Below the pieces are notes generated by a model, which saw only the letters and a program-made list of their open reading frames with translations, ran no database searches and was not told the origin of the DNA. A stretch of DNA of 64,000 nucleotides from Paenirhodobacter sp. (lineage in GTDB: Bacteria; Pseudomonadota; Alphaproteobacteria; Rhodobacterales; Rhodobacteraceae): NCBI RefSeq assembly GCF_050177655.1, contig NZ_JBFXGV010000006.1, positions 4,467 to 68,466 on the forward strand, read 5' to 3'. Positions 10,324 to 18,416 of the stretch are shown piece by piece. A program made the position numbers and the translations under genes. Numbering within the stretch: position 1 is the stretch's first letter; every line of letters begins with the position of its first letter.

Positions 10324-11109
10324 TCAACCCTCTCGCCCCAAGAGGGCCCGGACGACGCCCGACCAGTGCTTATACCGTAGAGCTTCGCGTTGCATTTCAT
10401 TGATCAGCGCGCTGCGATCTTGTCTGAACTCGGCGAGCTTCTTCTTTCTAAGGGTCTCCAATTCATAGAGATTGAGATAGTCCCTCAGAAGGCCATCTAT
10501 CCCTTCGGCCGGGTCGCCGCCCGCCTTCGTTACAATGACCGAAAGTAACGGGATACGCTCTTCAGTCTGCTTGCCCAGATCGAGAAGTGCCCTGCAGATC
10601 AACCCGAGGGGCCGCCCATATGCGGTGCGCGGCCAGACGCGGTGGGTCAGCCCACGTTCCTCCAGCATCGTGGCCGTCTCACCATAAGATATCACGCCGC
10701 CGCCGTGTGCAACTCGCTCGACCAAGAGACGTAGCAAATGCGGGGCAACTTCAGCGCTCCAGCCACCGATGGCGTCACAATTCCTTCTGAAGATATGCTC
10801 GAAGGTCTTTCCATTAAGAAACGCCTCGTCATCCACAGAATGTCGCAACTTGCCATGGCGGTCGCCTGAGACTTCGATGAGCCCACGGACGGCGAGTGCG
10901 AAGTCACGACTGACGACTTCCTCGTCCCGCGCCGCATTGAGGGTGCGCGAATATTTCCTGGGAGACCAACCCAAGGCTTCAGCCATTTCGGAAGGGGTGA
11001 GTGAGAGGCTTTGGCGAGCCTCCTCAATGTCATCTGCCGTGACATCGTCGAACTGACTCACCTTTGTCAGGGCGGATAGTTTAAAGCCTTGATGCGAACC
11101 AGCGGGCAT
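10324..11109 (-). CDS. hypothetical protein with N-terminal HTH, in a low-GC pocket
   Basis: The 261-aa protein has a strong RBS (AAGGAGA 7 nt upstream). The HTH-like segment is LSLTPSEMAEALGWSPRKYSRTL. The C-terminal part (GGVISYGETATMLE...GRPLGLICRAL...IPLLSVIV) weakly resembles an MGMT/ATL-type winged helix without the active Cys. A sampled line (10441-10500) is 42% GC. Confidence 0.6.
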   Translation of the reverse strand: MPAGSHQGFKLSALTKVSQFDDVTADDIEEARQSLSLTPSEMAEALGWSPRKYSRTLNAARDEEVVSRDFALAVRGLIEVSGDRHGKLRHSVDDEAFLNGKTFEHIFRRNCDAIGGWSAEVAPHLLRLLVERVAHGGGVISYGETATMLEERGLTHRVWPRTAYGRPLGLICRALLDLGKQTEERIPLLSVIVTKAGGDPAEGIDGLLRDYLNLYELETLRKKKLAEFRQDRSALINEMQREALRYKHWSGVVRALLGREG

Positions 11110-11172
11110 AAGAATCTCCTTAGTTGATGTCGATATCTTAGCACGACTGATGGCCCGTCAAATTTGGCGTGT

Positions 11173-11206
11173 CAATATTGGCTATCCAATTATGGATTCA
11201 ATATTG
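11173..11206. promoter_or_regulatory. two copies of the palindrome CAATATTG (candidate operators)
   Basis: CAATATTG occurs at 11173-11180 and 11199-11206, 26 bp start to start. Both lie in the AT-rich region upstream of the minus-strand HTH gene. Confidence 0.3.
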
Positions 11207-11291
11207 GGATCTGGAGAATCGTATTTCATTACATGCGTGGAGGGCACAGGCCCTTCCACCCGCCGAACCAACGAGCCCTTGCTCTAGCCCA

Positions 11292-11332
11292 CCCTCAAAA
11301 ATACGCCTTCGGCTCATCCGGCTTGCCACCGG
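11292..11332. repeat. 41-bp direct repeat, copy 1 (orphan copy of a gene 3' end)
   Basis: CCCTCAAAAATACGCCTTCGGCTCATCCGGCTTGCCACCGG matches 11850-11890 at about 37 of 41 positions. On the minus strand it encodes ...GKPDEPKAYF-stop. Confidence 0.8.
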
Positions 11333-11393
11333 ATGGCGCCAGGATGAAACTCGAGATCATCGACGACTGAGCACCACATCCCGAGGCACTCCG

Positions 11394-11834
11394 ATGACCC
11401 GACTTTCCCCCCGGCTCGCGCTTGGCCTGAGGCACTGGATCATCCTGTCCCTTGTCGTCACCCTCGGCGCCTTGCTCAACAACGAGCTGCAGGCCCGGAT
11501 CTGGAACGACACGTCCTCGCTCCTTGGCGCAGGAAGCCCCGAGGACATCTTCCTCTTCGTCGCCTTCTGCTTCCTCGCCGCCCTGATCTACGCCGCATCC
11601 GTTCCGGTGATGAGCCTCTTCACCGCGAAACGCCTGCGCCTCGGCATCGTGCTGGCCTATGGGCTGCCCTGGCTCGCCTATTGGCTTTTCATCACCGTCC
11701 CGATCGCCCTGCGCACCGGAAGCTTTGTCAACGGCGAGGGAAACGCCCGGATTCACCTGGCGCTGCTGATCGGCGATCTGGTCCTTGCAGTCCTGCTGGC
11801 ATCGCGCCCGCCGAAAGCGCCCGCGGCGCCCTGA
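11394..11834 (+). CDS. hypothetical integral membrane protein
   Basis: The 146-aa protein has about 4 hydrophobic helices (WIILSLVVTLGALL, IFLFVAFCFLAALIYAASV, and others). Start is the ATG at 11394. Confidence 0.5.
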   Translation: MTRLSPRLALGLRHWIILSLVVTLGALLNNELQARIWNDTSSLLGAGSPEDIFLFVAFCFLAALIYAASVPVMSLFTAKRLRLGIVLAYGLPWLAYWLFITVPIALRTGSFVNGEGNARIHLALLIGDLVLAVLLASRPPKAPAAP

Positions 11835-11849
11835 GACGAAGCGACACCC

Positions 11850-11890
11850 CCCTCAGAAATGCGCCTTCGGCTCATCCGGCTTGCCCGCGG
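11850..11890. repeat. 41-bp direct repeat, copy 2 (true 3' end of gene 11853..12221)
   Basis: CCCTCAGAAATGCGCCTTCGGCTCATCCGGCTTGCCCGCGG encodes ...GKPDEPKAHF-stop on the minus strand. Confidence 0.8.
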
Positions 11891-12221
11891 CAAGCGCCAG
11901 CAAACCGCCCACCAGACAGAACCCGATCGGGAACATCGTGAAGACGCCAAAGCCGAAGGCGTAATACATCAGCCCGCCGCCCGCGAGCATCAGCACCCCG
12001 CCCCAGAGCGCGCGGATCTTCGCCATCGCCCCGCCGGCAATCGCCAGAAGCGGCGAAAGGAAGCTCGCGAAGCGGATCAGGCCGGGGTCTTCGACCCGCC
12101 CGAACATGTCGCCCACCTCGGCATGGGCGCGCACCACCTCGGTGTAGCCATAGCCGAAAAACCCCACGATCAGGGCGATCAGCCCGCCGATGATGCCCAG
12201 CACCAGCGCTGCATTGCGCAT
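11853..12221 (-). CDS. small integral membrane protein
   Basis: The 122-aa protein MRNAALVLGIIGGLIALIVGFFGYG... has 4 predicted helices. I chose the ATG at 12221 because the upstream part of the track ORF is Arg/Gly/Pro-rich. Confidence 0.6.
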   Translation of the reverse strand: MRNAALVLGIIGGLIALIVGFFGYGYTEVVRAHAEVGDMFGRVEDPGLIRFASFLSPLLAIAGGAMAKIRALWGGVLMLAGGGLMYYAFGFGVFTMFPIGFCLVGGLLALAAGKPDEPKAHF

Positions 12222-12345
12222 TGCCCGTCTCCCGGGCCGGCACGGCCCTGCGCCTGACATAGGGCCTCGCCCCCGGCCGCCGCAAGGGGCTGGCATCCGT
12301 GCCCCGCGCGCAATAGGCTTTGCGCGATCGGCAACGGAGGCCCCG

Positions 12346-12795
12346 ATGCACCCGCATGAACGCGACTTCCCCGAGGCCCGCGGCGGCTGCCAGTGCGGCG
12401 CGGTGCGCTTCACCATCTCGGCGGGGCCGGCCGAGCCCGGCCTGTGCCATTGCCGGATGTGCCAGCGCGCCACCGGCAATGCCTTCGCGCCGCTCTACAA
12501 GGTGCCGAACGGGCGCGTCAGCTGGCAGGGCAGGCCCGCGGAATGGGCGTCGTCAAACCTCGCCTGGCGCGGCTTCTGCCCGACCTGCGGCACGCCGCTT
12601 TATTACCGCGACGCCGAGGGGATCGAGATCATGGCCGGCTGCCTCACCCTCGATTTCCCCTTCGCCCCGCTCGAGAACGAGGGCGTGCAATCGCGCGTGC
12701 CCTGGCTTGCCGGCATCGGCGCGCTGCCCGACCGCGCGACCGACCCCGCCCTCGCCGCGGCCGTCCTCAGCCATCAAGCCCCCGAGGTTCCGTAA
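12346..12795 (+). CDS. GFA (glutathione-dependent formaldehyde-activating / CENP-V) family protein
   Basis: It has GGCQCGAVRF, CHCRMCQRATG and FCPTCGTPL zinc-binding Cys motifs. Confidence 0.8.
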   Translation: MHPHERDFPEARGGCQCGAVRFTISAGPAEPGLCHCRMCQRATGNAFAPLYKVPNGRVSWQGRPAEWASSNLAWRGFCPTCGTPLYYRDAEGIEIMAGCLTLDFPFAPLENEGVQSRVPWLAGIGALPDRATDPALAAAVLSHQAPEVP

Positions 12796-13007
12796 TGCCC
12801 AAGCGCCTGCGCCTGACCCGCCGCTTTCCGGTTTCGCTCACGAACGACGCCTATCGCACCCTGCACCGCTTCGCCGCGGAGGCCGAGATCACCCCGGACG
12901 AGGCGCTCACCTTCCTTTTCGAGCATTTCGGCTCGGTCACCAACCGCGACAACCTCGTGGCGCGGCTGCGCCTCTTCAAGGCGGAGCTCGCGGCGCGCAA
13001 GGCCTGA
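12795..13007 (+). CDS. small hypothetical protein, ribbon-helix-helix-like
   Basis: The 70-aa protein is joined by a TAATG overlap to the GFA gene stop. RRFPVSLTNDAYRTLHRFAAEAEITPDEALTFLFE fits a strand-helix-helix pattern. Confidence 0.45.
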   Translation: MPKRLRLTRRFPVSLTNDAYRTLHRFAAEAEITPDEALTFLFEHFGSVTNRDNLVARLRLFKAELAARKA

Positions 13008-13033
13008 GCGCGGCGCTTGCGGCGCCGTCGCAT

Positions 13034-13233
13034 GAGTATTTGGACCAAGAAGAAGACAGAAGGCGCGCCCCGGCCCCGGAGGCCGGTCCAGCCCCGCAGT
13101 GAGAGCTTCACACGCGGCCGGGGCGACTTCTCCTTGGGCGGTCATCGGCTCTCCAGCCTGTACCGCGAAATCAGCCTCGCATGGCGTGGTTAACTTTGCC
13201 TTACGCGCTATCTTCTTCTTGGCAAAAATACTC
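13034..13233. repeat. split copy of the REP-like hairpin family (arms separated by 156 bp)
   Basis: The left arm GAGTATTTGGACCAAGAAGAAG spans 13034-13055. The right arm CTTCTTCTTGGCAAAAATACTC spans 13212-13233. Confidence 0.75.
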
Positions 13234-13349
13234 AAATCCCCACGATGGACGCAGCGTCCCGGTGCGATGACGTTGCGCCACATCGTCCGCAGGGGCCTTA
13301 CGCGCACGTCAATTCGTGCCAATATGCAATCGGGATCTGGGAGGACCAC

Positions 13350-13976
13350 ATGACGGCGAAACTCTATTGCTTCGGCGAGTCCGGCAATGCCTACAAGGCT
13401 GCGCTGACGATGTCGCTCGCGGGCTACGACTGGGAGCCGGTCTATGTCGATTTCTTTCACGGCGGCTCGAAGACGCCCGAGTTCCTCGCGATCAACGAGA
13501 TGGGCGAGGCGCCGGTCTTCACCGAAGGCGATCTGACGCTGACGCAAAGCTGCGTGATCCAGCTCCATGTCGCGGAAAAGACCGGGAAATTCCTTGCCGA
13601 GGATCGCGCCGAGATGATGCGCTGGCTGTTCTGGGACGCGCAGAAGGGCTCCGGTCAGCAGGGCAGCCTGCGCTTCCTGATGAATTTCGTGCCGCTGGAA
13701 AAGCGCCCGGCCGAGGCGATCCGCTGGCTCTCGGGCCGGGTGCAGACCGCGCTCGCCACGCTCGAACATCACCTGACGGGGCGCGACTGGATCGTCGGCA
13801 CCGCCCCTTCCCTCGCCGATTTCGCCTGCTGCGGGTATCTCTACTACCCCGAGCCCTTCGGCTTCGAGCGCGCGAAATCCCCTGCCATCGACGCCTGGCT
13901 GAGCCGCATTTCCGCGCTGCCCGGCTGGAAACACCCTTACGAGATGATGCCCGGCAATCCATCGGATCGGGCCTGA
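13350..13976 (+). CDS. glutathione S-transferase family protein
   Basis: MTAKLYCFGESGNAYKAALTMSL...PEFLAINEMGEAPV is a thioredoxin-like GST N-domain. A helical C-domain follows. Confidence 0.85.
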   Translation: MTAKLYCFGESGNAYKAALTMSLAGYDWEPVYVDFFHGGSKTPEFLAINEMGEAPVFTEGDLTLTQSCVIQLHVAEKTGKFLAEDRAEMMRWLFWDAQKGSGQQGSLRFLMNFVPLEKRPAEAIRWLSGRVQTALATLEHHLTGRDWIVGTAPSLADFACCGYLYYPEPFGFERAKSPAIDAWLSRISALPGWKHPYEMMPGNPSDRA

Positions 13977-13985
13977 GGAGGAAAG

Positions 13986-15197
13986 ATGACCGAAGCCTAT
14001 ATCTATGACGCCTGCCGCACGCCCCGCGGCAAGGGCCGCGCCGACGGCAGCCTGCACGAAGTGACCTCGGTCGCGCTCTCCGCGCGGCTGCTCAACGCGG
14101 TGAAGGAACGCAACGGGCTCGAGGGCCACGCCGTCGAGGACGTGATCTGGGGCAACGTCACCCAGGTCGGCGAACAGGGCGGCTGCCTCGCGCGCTCCGC
14201 CGTGCTGCTCTCGGATCTCGATGAATCGATCCCGGGCCTCGCGATCAACCGCTTCTGCGCGAGCGGCATGGAGGCGGTGAACCTCGCCGCGAACCAGATC
14301 AAGGGCGGCGCCGGCCAGGCCTATATCGCCGGCGGCGTCGAGATGATGGGCCGCGTCGCGATGGGCTCCGACGGCGCCGCGATCGCGGTCGACCCGAGCC
14401 TTGCGATGAAGACCTATTTCGTGCCGCAGGGCATTTCGGCCGACATCATCGCCACCGAATACGGCTTCACCCGCGAGCAGGCCGACGCGCTTGCCGTCGA
14501 AAGCCAGCGCCGCGCCGCCGAGGCCTGGGCCGAGAAGCGTTTCGCCAAGTCGATCGTGCCGGTGAAGGACCAGAGCGGCCTGACCATCCTCGACCACGAC
14601 GAATTCATGCGCCCGCAGACCACGATGGAAAGCCTCGGCGCGCTGAAACCCTCGTTCAAGGACATGGGCGAGGTGATGCCGGGCTTCGACAAGGTGGCGA
14701 TGCTGAAATATCCCCATCTCGACCACATCAACCACATCCACCACGCCGGCAACTCTTCGGGCATCGTCGACGGCGCGGGCGCCGTGCTGATCGGCTCGAA
14801 GGAATTCGGCATTGCCCACGGGCTGAAGCCGCGCGCGCGTATCCGCGCCACCGCGAAGATCGGCACCGATCCGACGATCATGCTCACCGGCCCCGTCCCG
14901 GTGACCGAGAAAATCCTGAAAGACAGCGGCATGTCGATCAAGGATCTCGACCTCTTCGAGGTGAACGAGGCCTTCGCCGCCGTGGTGCTGCGCTTCATGC
15001 AGGCCTTCGACGTCTCGCCCGACAAGGTCAACGTCAACGGCGGCGCGATGGCCTTTGGCCACCCGCTCGGCGCGACCGGCGCGATCATCATCGGCACGCT
15101 GCTCGACGAGCTCGAACGCCGCGATCTGAACGCCGGCCTCGCCACGCTTTGCATCGCGTCCGGCATGGGCGCCGCCACCATCATCGAACGCGTCTGA
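13986..15197 (+). CDS. fadA: acetyl-CoA C-acyltransferase (3-ketoacyl-CoA thiolase)
   Basis: The 403-aa protein contains INRFCASGMEAV (active Cys), NVNGGAMAFGHPLGATG and LCIASGMG. Confidence 0.93.
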   Translation: MTEAYIYDACRTPRGKGRADGSLHEVTSVALSARLLNAVKERNGLEGHAVEDVIWGNVTQVGEQGGCLARSAVLLSDLDESIPGLAINRFCASGMEAVNLAANQIKGGAGQAYIAGGVEMMGRVAMGSDGAAIAVDPSLAMKTYFVPQGISADIIATEYGFTREQADALAVESQRRAAEAWAEKRFAKSIVPVKDQSGLTILDHDEFMRPQTTMESLGALKPSFKDMGEVMPGFDKVAMLKYPHLDHINHIHHAGNSSGIVDGAGAVLIGSKEFGIAHGLKPRARIRATAKIGTDPTIMLTGPVPVTEKILKDSGMSIKDLDLFEVNEAFAAVVLRFMQAFDVSPDKVNVNGGAMAFGHPLGATGAIIIGTLLDELERRDLNAGLATLCIASGMGAATIIERV

Positions 15198-15213
15198 GTC
15201 CGGGGAGAGACAA

Positions 15214-17403
15214 ATGACTGATTTCACCTACGATCTCGGCGCCGACGGCGTCGCCATCATCACCTGGGACGTGCCCGGAAAGTCGATGAACGTGATGAGC
15301 ATGGAGGGTTTCGCCGCCCTCGACGGCTTCATCGACCAGGCCCTCGCCGATCCGGCCGTGAAGGGCGTGATCATCACCTCCGGCAAGAAGGATTTCGCCG
15401 GCGGCATGGACCTCAACGTCATCGCGAAGATGCGCGAGGGCGGGCCCGAGGCGATTTTCGCCGGCGTGATGCAGATGCATGCCGTGCTGCGCAAGATCGA
15501 ACGCGCGGGGATGGATCCGAAGACGCTGAAGGGGGCCAAGCCGATCGTTTCGGTGCTGCCGGGCACCGCGCTCGGCATCGGGCTCGAGCTGCCGCTTTCC
15601 ACCCATCGCATCTTCGCCGCCAACAATCCGAAGGCGAAGATCGGCCTGCCCGAGATCATGGTCGGCATCTTCCCGGGCGGCGGCGGCACCACGCGGCTCG
15701 TGCGCAAGATGGGCGCGATGATGGCGGCGCCCTTCCTGCTCGAAGGCAAGCTTTCCGACCCGATGAAGGCGAAGGCCGCGGGGATCGTCGACGAGGTCTC
15801 CGATGACCCGATGGCCGCGGCGCGCGCCTGGGTGCTCGCCGCGAAGGACGCGGATCTGGTGAAACCCTGGGATGCGAAGGGCTACAAGATGCCCGGCGGC
15901 GCGCCCTATCACCCCGCGGGCTTCATGACCTTCGTCGGCGCCTCCGCGATGGTGCATGGCAAGACGATGGGGGTTTATCCCGCCGCGAAGGCGCTGCTTT
16001 CCGCGGTCTACGAAGGCGCGCTCGTGCCCTTCGACCAGGCGCTGAAGATCGAGGCGCGCTGGTTCACCAACCTGCTGCTGAACCCCTCATCCTCCGCGAT
16101 GATCCGCTCGCTCTTCATCAACAAGGAGGCGCTGGAAAAGGGCGCGAACCGCCCGAAGGTCGCCGATCAGACGGTGAAGAAGGTGGGCATCCTCGGCGCT
16201 GGCATGATGGGCGCGGGCATCGCCTATGTCTCGGCGAAGGCCGGCATCGAGGTGGTGCTGATCGACAGCACGATCGAGGCGGCCGAGCGCGGCAAGAGCT
16301 ACTCGACCGGGCTGATGGACAAGGCGATCAGCCGCAAGAAGACGACCGAGGAGGCGAAGGAAGCGCTGCTTGCGAAGATCACCGCGACGACCGATTACGC
16401 CGCGCTCGCCGGCTGCGATCTGATCGTCGAGGCGGTGTTCGAGGATCCGAAGGTCAAGGCCGGCGTCACCGCCCAGGCCGAGGCGGTGATCCCCGAAGAT
16501 GCGATCTTCGCCACCAATACCTCGACGCTGCCGATCTCGATGCTGGCGAAGGCGTCGAAACGCCCCGAACAGTTCATCGGCATCCACTTCTTCTCGCCCG
16601 TCGACAAGATGCTGCTGGTCGAGATCATCAAGGGCGAACAGACCGGCCCGGTCGCGGTGGCGAAGGCGCTCGATTTCGTGCGCCAGATCCGCAAGACGCC
16701 AATCGTCGTCAACGACGCGCGCTTCTTCTACGCCAACCGCTGCATCATCCCCTATATCAACGAGGGGATCCGGATGCTGGCCGAGGGCGTCAGCCCGACG
16801 CTGATCGAGAATGCGGCAAAGCTTGTCGGCATGCCGCTCGGGCCCCTGCAGCTCGTCGACGAGACCTCGATCGACCTCGGCGTGAAGATCGCGAAGGCGA
16901 CCAAGGCCGCGATGGGCGATGCCTATCCCGACGAGGCCGTCGACGAGGTGATCTTCTGGATGGCCGATCAGGGCCGTCTTGGTCGCAAGAACAAGGCGGG
17001 CTTCTACACCTACGACGAGGCCGGCAAGCGCGGCGGGTTCTGGGACGGGCTTGCGCCCAAATACCCCGAGGCCGCCGAACAGCCCGATCTCGCCGAGGTG
17101 CAGCATCGCCTGCTGATGGCGCAGGTGCTGGAAGCGGTGCGCGCGTTTGAGCAGGGCGTGCTCGAGGACATCCGCGAGGGCGACGTCGGCGCGATCCTCG
17201 GCTGGGGCTTCGCGCCCTGGTCCGGCGGCCCGTTCAGCTGGCTCGACATCCTCGGCGCCCCGCGCGCGGTCGAGATCTGCGACGAGCTCACCACCCGCTT
17301 CGGCGCCCGGTTCGAGACCCCGGCGCTGCTGCGCGATCTCGCCGCGACGGGGGAAACCTTCTACGGCCGCTACGGGTCGGGTCAGGCGGCCAAGGCGGCC
17401 TGA
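15214..17403 (+). CDS. fadB: multifunctional enoyl-CoA hydratase / 3-hydroxyacyl-CoA dehydrogenase
   Basis: The 729-aa protein has an N-terminal crotonase fold (FAGGMDL, PGTALGIGLELPL). The central motif VGILGAGMMGAGIA is an NAD Rossmann fold. Confidence 0.93.
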   Translation: MTDFTYDLGADGVAIITWDVPGKSMNVMSMEGFAALDGFIDQALADPAVKGVIITSGKKDFAGGMDLNVIAKMREGGPEAIFAGVMQMHAVLRKIERAGMDPKTLKGAKPIVSVLPGTALGIGLELPLSTHRIFAANNPKAKIGLPEIMVGIFPGGGGTTRLVRKMGAMMAAPFLLEGKLSDPMKAKAAGIVDEVSDDPMAAARAWVLAAKDADLVKPWDAKGYKMPGGAPYHPAGFMTFVGASAMVHGKTMGVYPAAKALLSAVYEGALVPFDQALKIEARWFTNLLLNPSSSAMIRSLFINKEALEKGANRPKVADQTVKKVGILGAGMMGAGIAYVSAKAGIEVVLIDSTIEAAERGKSYSTGLMDKAISRKKTTEEAKEALLAKITATTDYAALAGCDLIVEAVFEDPKVKAGVTAQAEAVIPEDAIFATNTSTLPISMLAKASKRPEQFIGIHFFSPVDKMLLVEIIKGEQTGPVAVAKALDFVRQIRKTPIVVNDARFFYANRCIIPYINEGIRMLAEGVSPTLIENAAKLVGMPLGPLQLVDETSIDLGVKIAKATKAAMGDAYPDEAVDEVIFWMADQGRLGRKNKAGFYTYDEAGKRGGFWDGLAPKYPEAAEQPDLAEVQHRLLMAQVLEAVRAFEQGVLEDIREGDVGAILGWGFAPWSGGPFSWLDILGAPRAVEICDELTTRFGARFETPALLRDLAATGETFYGRYGSGQAAKAA

Positions 17404-17426
17404 TCGCCCGGCCCGGGCCCGGGCAT

Positions 17427-17476
17427 GAGTATTTGGACCAAGAAGAAGCCCCGGTTTCTTCTTGGCGAAAATACTC
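17427..17476. repeat. REP-like intergenic hairpin element
   Basis: The sequence is GAGTATTTGGACCAAGAAGAAG-ccccgg-TTTCTTCTTGGCGAAAATACTC, followed by a CCGCCGGAGGC tail. It lies between convergent genes. Confidence 0.85.
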
Positions 17477-17562
17477 CCGCCGGAGGCAAAAGAAGAACGC
17501 CGGGCCACTGGCCCGGCGTTGCGCGTGAGTGGGGCTTCACGCGTGCAGGGGTGATCCGCGGA

Positions 17563-18222
17563 TCAGACCCCGAGCGCCTCGGCGTCGATCATCGAGGCGA
17601 CGATCGCCTGCGCCATGTCGAGCGGCAGCACCGAATAGGTGCCTTCCTCCTCCATCATCGTGTCGAAGCCGATGCCATGGACCGAAGCGCAATGGATCAT
17701 GCCGGTGCCATTGGCATAGATCACCTCGTCCTCGTCGAACTGCAGCACGACGATCTCGACCTTCTGATGCGGGGTGATCCGCGCGATGCCGCGATACCCG
17801 TCAAGCGCGGCGGCCGGGATCAGCGCGAAGGGGTCGCCGAAGACCGCCTCGGCGAGATCGCTTTCGACGAGCACGCTCTGCTCGGGCAAAAGCAGCATCG
17901 GCGTGGCATTGCCCAGCGCGCCGGCCGGCACCGCAAGCGGCATCAGGTGGCGCGGGCAGCTGTTGCGGCCGGCAAAGAGATGCGTGCGCTTCACCGCGAC
18001 GACCGGGCGCAGACCGTGATCGAAGGTCATCACCATGTCACCCGCCGCGATCGCCTCGACCGGGCGCCAGCCGAAGCCGGTCGCGATCCGGGTGCCGGCG
18101 ACGATGCCTTCGGACTCGCCCGCGCCGGAAATGGGTTCGAACCGTTGCGACGCGAAGAACCCTTCGAAGGCGCTCTCGTCATCCCATTCCGCAGCACGCC
18201 GGGGGGTATTCAGTCCGAACAT
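17563..18222 (-). CDS. Hint (Hedgehog/intein) domain-containing protein
   Basis: The 219-aa protein contains GTRIATGFGWRPVEAIAAGDMVMTFDHGLRPVVAV, typical of the bacterial Hint_2-type proteins that are abundant in Rhodobacterales. Start is the ATG at 18222. Confidence 0.75.
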   Translation of the reverse strand: MFGLNTPRRAAEWDDESAFEGFFASQRFEPISGAGESEGIVAGTRIATGFGWRPVEAIAAGDMVMTFDHGLRPVVAVKRTHLFAGRNSCPRHLMPLAVPAGALGNATPMLLLPEQSVLVESDLAEAVFGDPFALIPAAALDGYRGIARITPHQKVEIVVLQFDEDEVIYANGTGMIHCASVHGIGFDTMMEEEGTYSVLPLDMAQAIVASMIDAEALGV

Positions 18223-18416
18223 CGCTTTTCCCTTTCGCTCCCGGCCGCTTCGCGTTCCGGCGTTTCCTTGAGACCAGTTCGGGTGATTCCAAGGAAGATT
18301 CGGCGGCAGGTTTGCGGCGCAAAAAAGGCACTGTTCACGCTGCACCGCGTGATCTTCCCGCCTGCCCCGCATTGTTGCCCGCACCCGCGGCAATCAGGCG
18401 GGTGTCGGTAAATTTC

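Noticed and set aside
11199-11216. There is a short similarity between CAATATTGGGATCTGGAG (11199-11216) and CCAATATGCAATCGGGATCTGGGAG upstream of the GST gene (13320-13343).
   Set aside because: Only about 11 contiguous matching bases (GGGATCTGG plus context) are shared. That is too short to distinguish from chance without a genome-wide count.
12774-15227. There is an 817-aa minus-strand ORF. Similar long antisense ORFs occur at 8307..10256, 16087..17508, 27534..29909, 30012..32060, 41700..44552 and 53007..55331.
   Set aside because: Each lies antisense to a gene with unmistakable family motifs (thiolase, acyl-CoA dehydrogenase, fadB, maeB, prpE, the RND permease, ptsP). Their translations are dominated by R, G, A, D, H and L, as expected for the reverse frame of GC3-rich genes.
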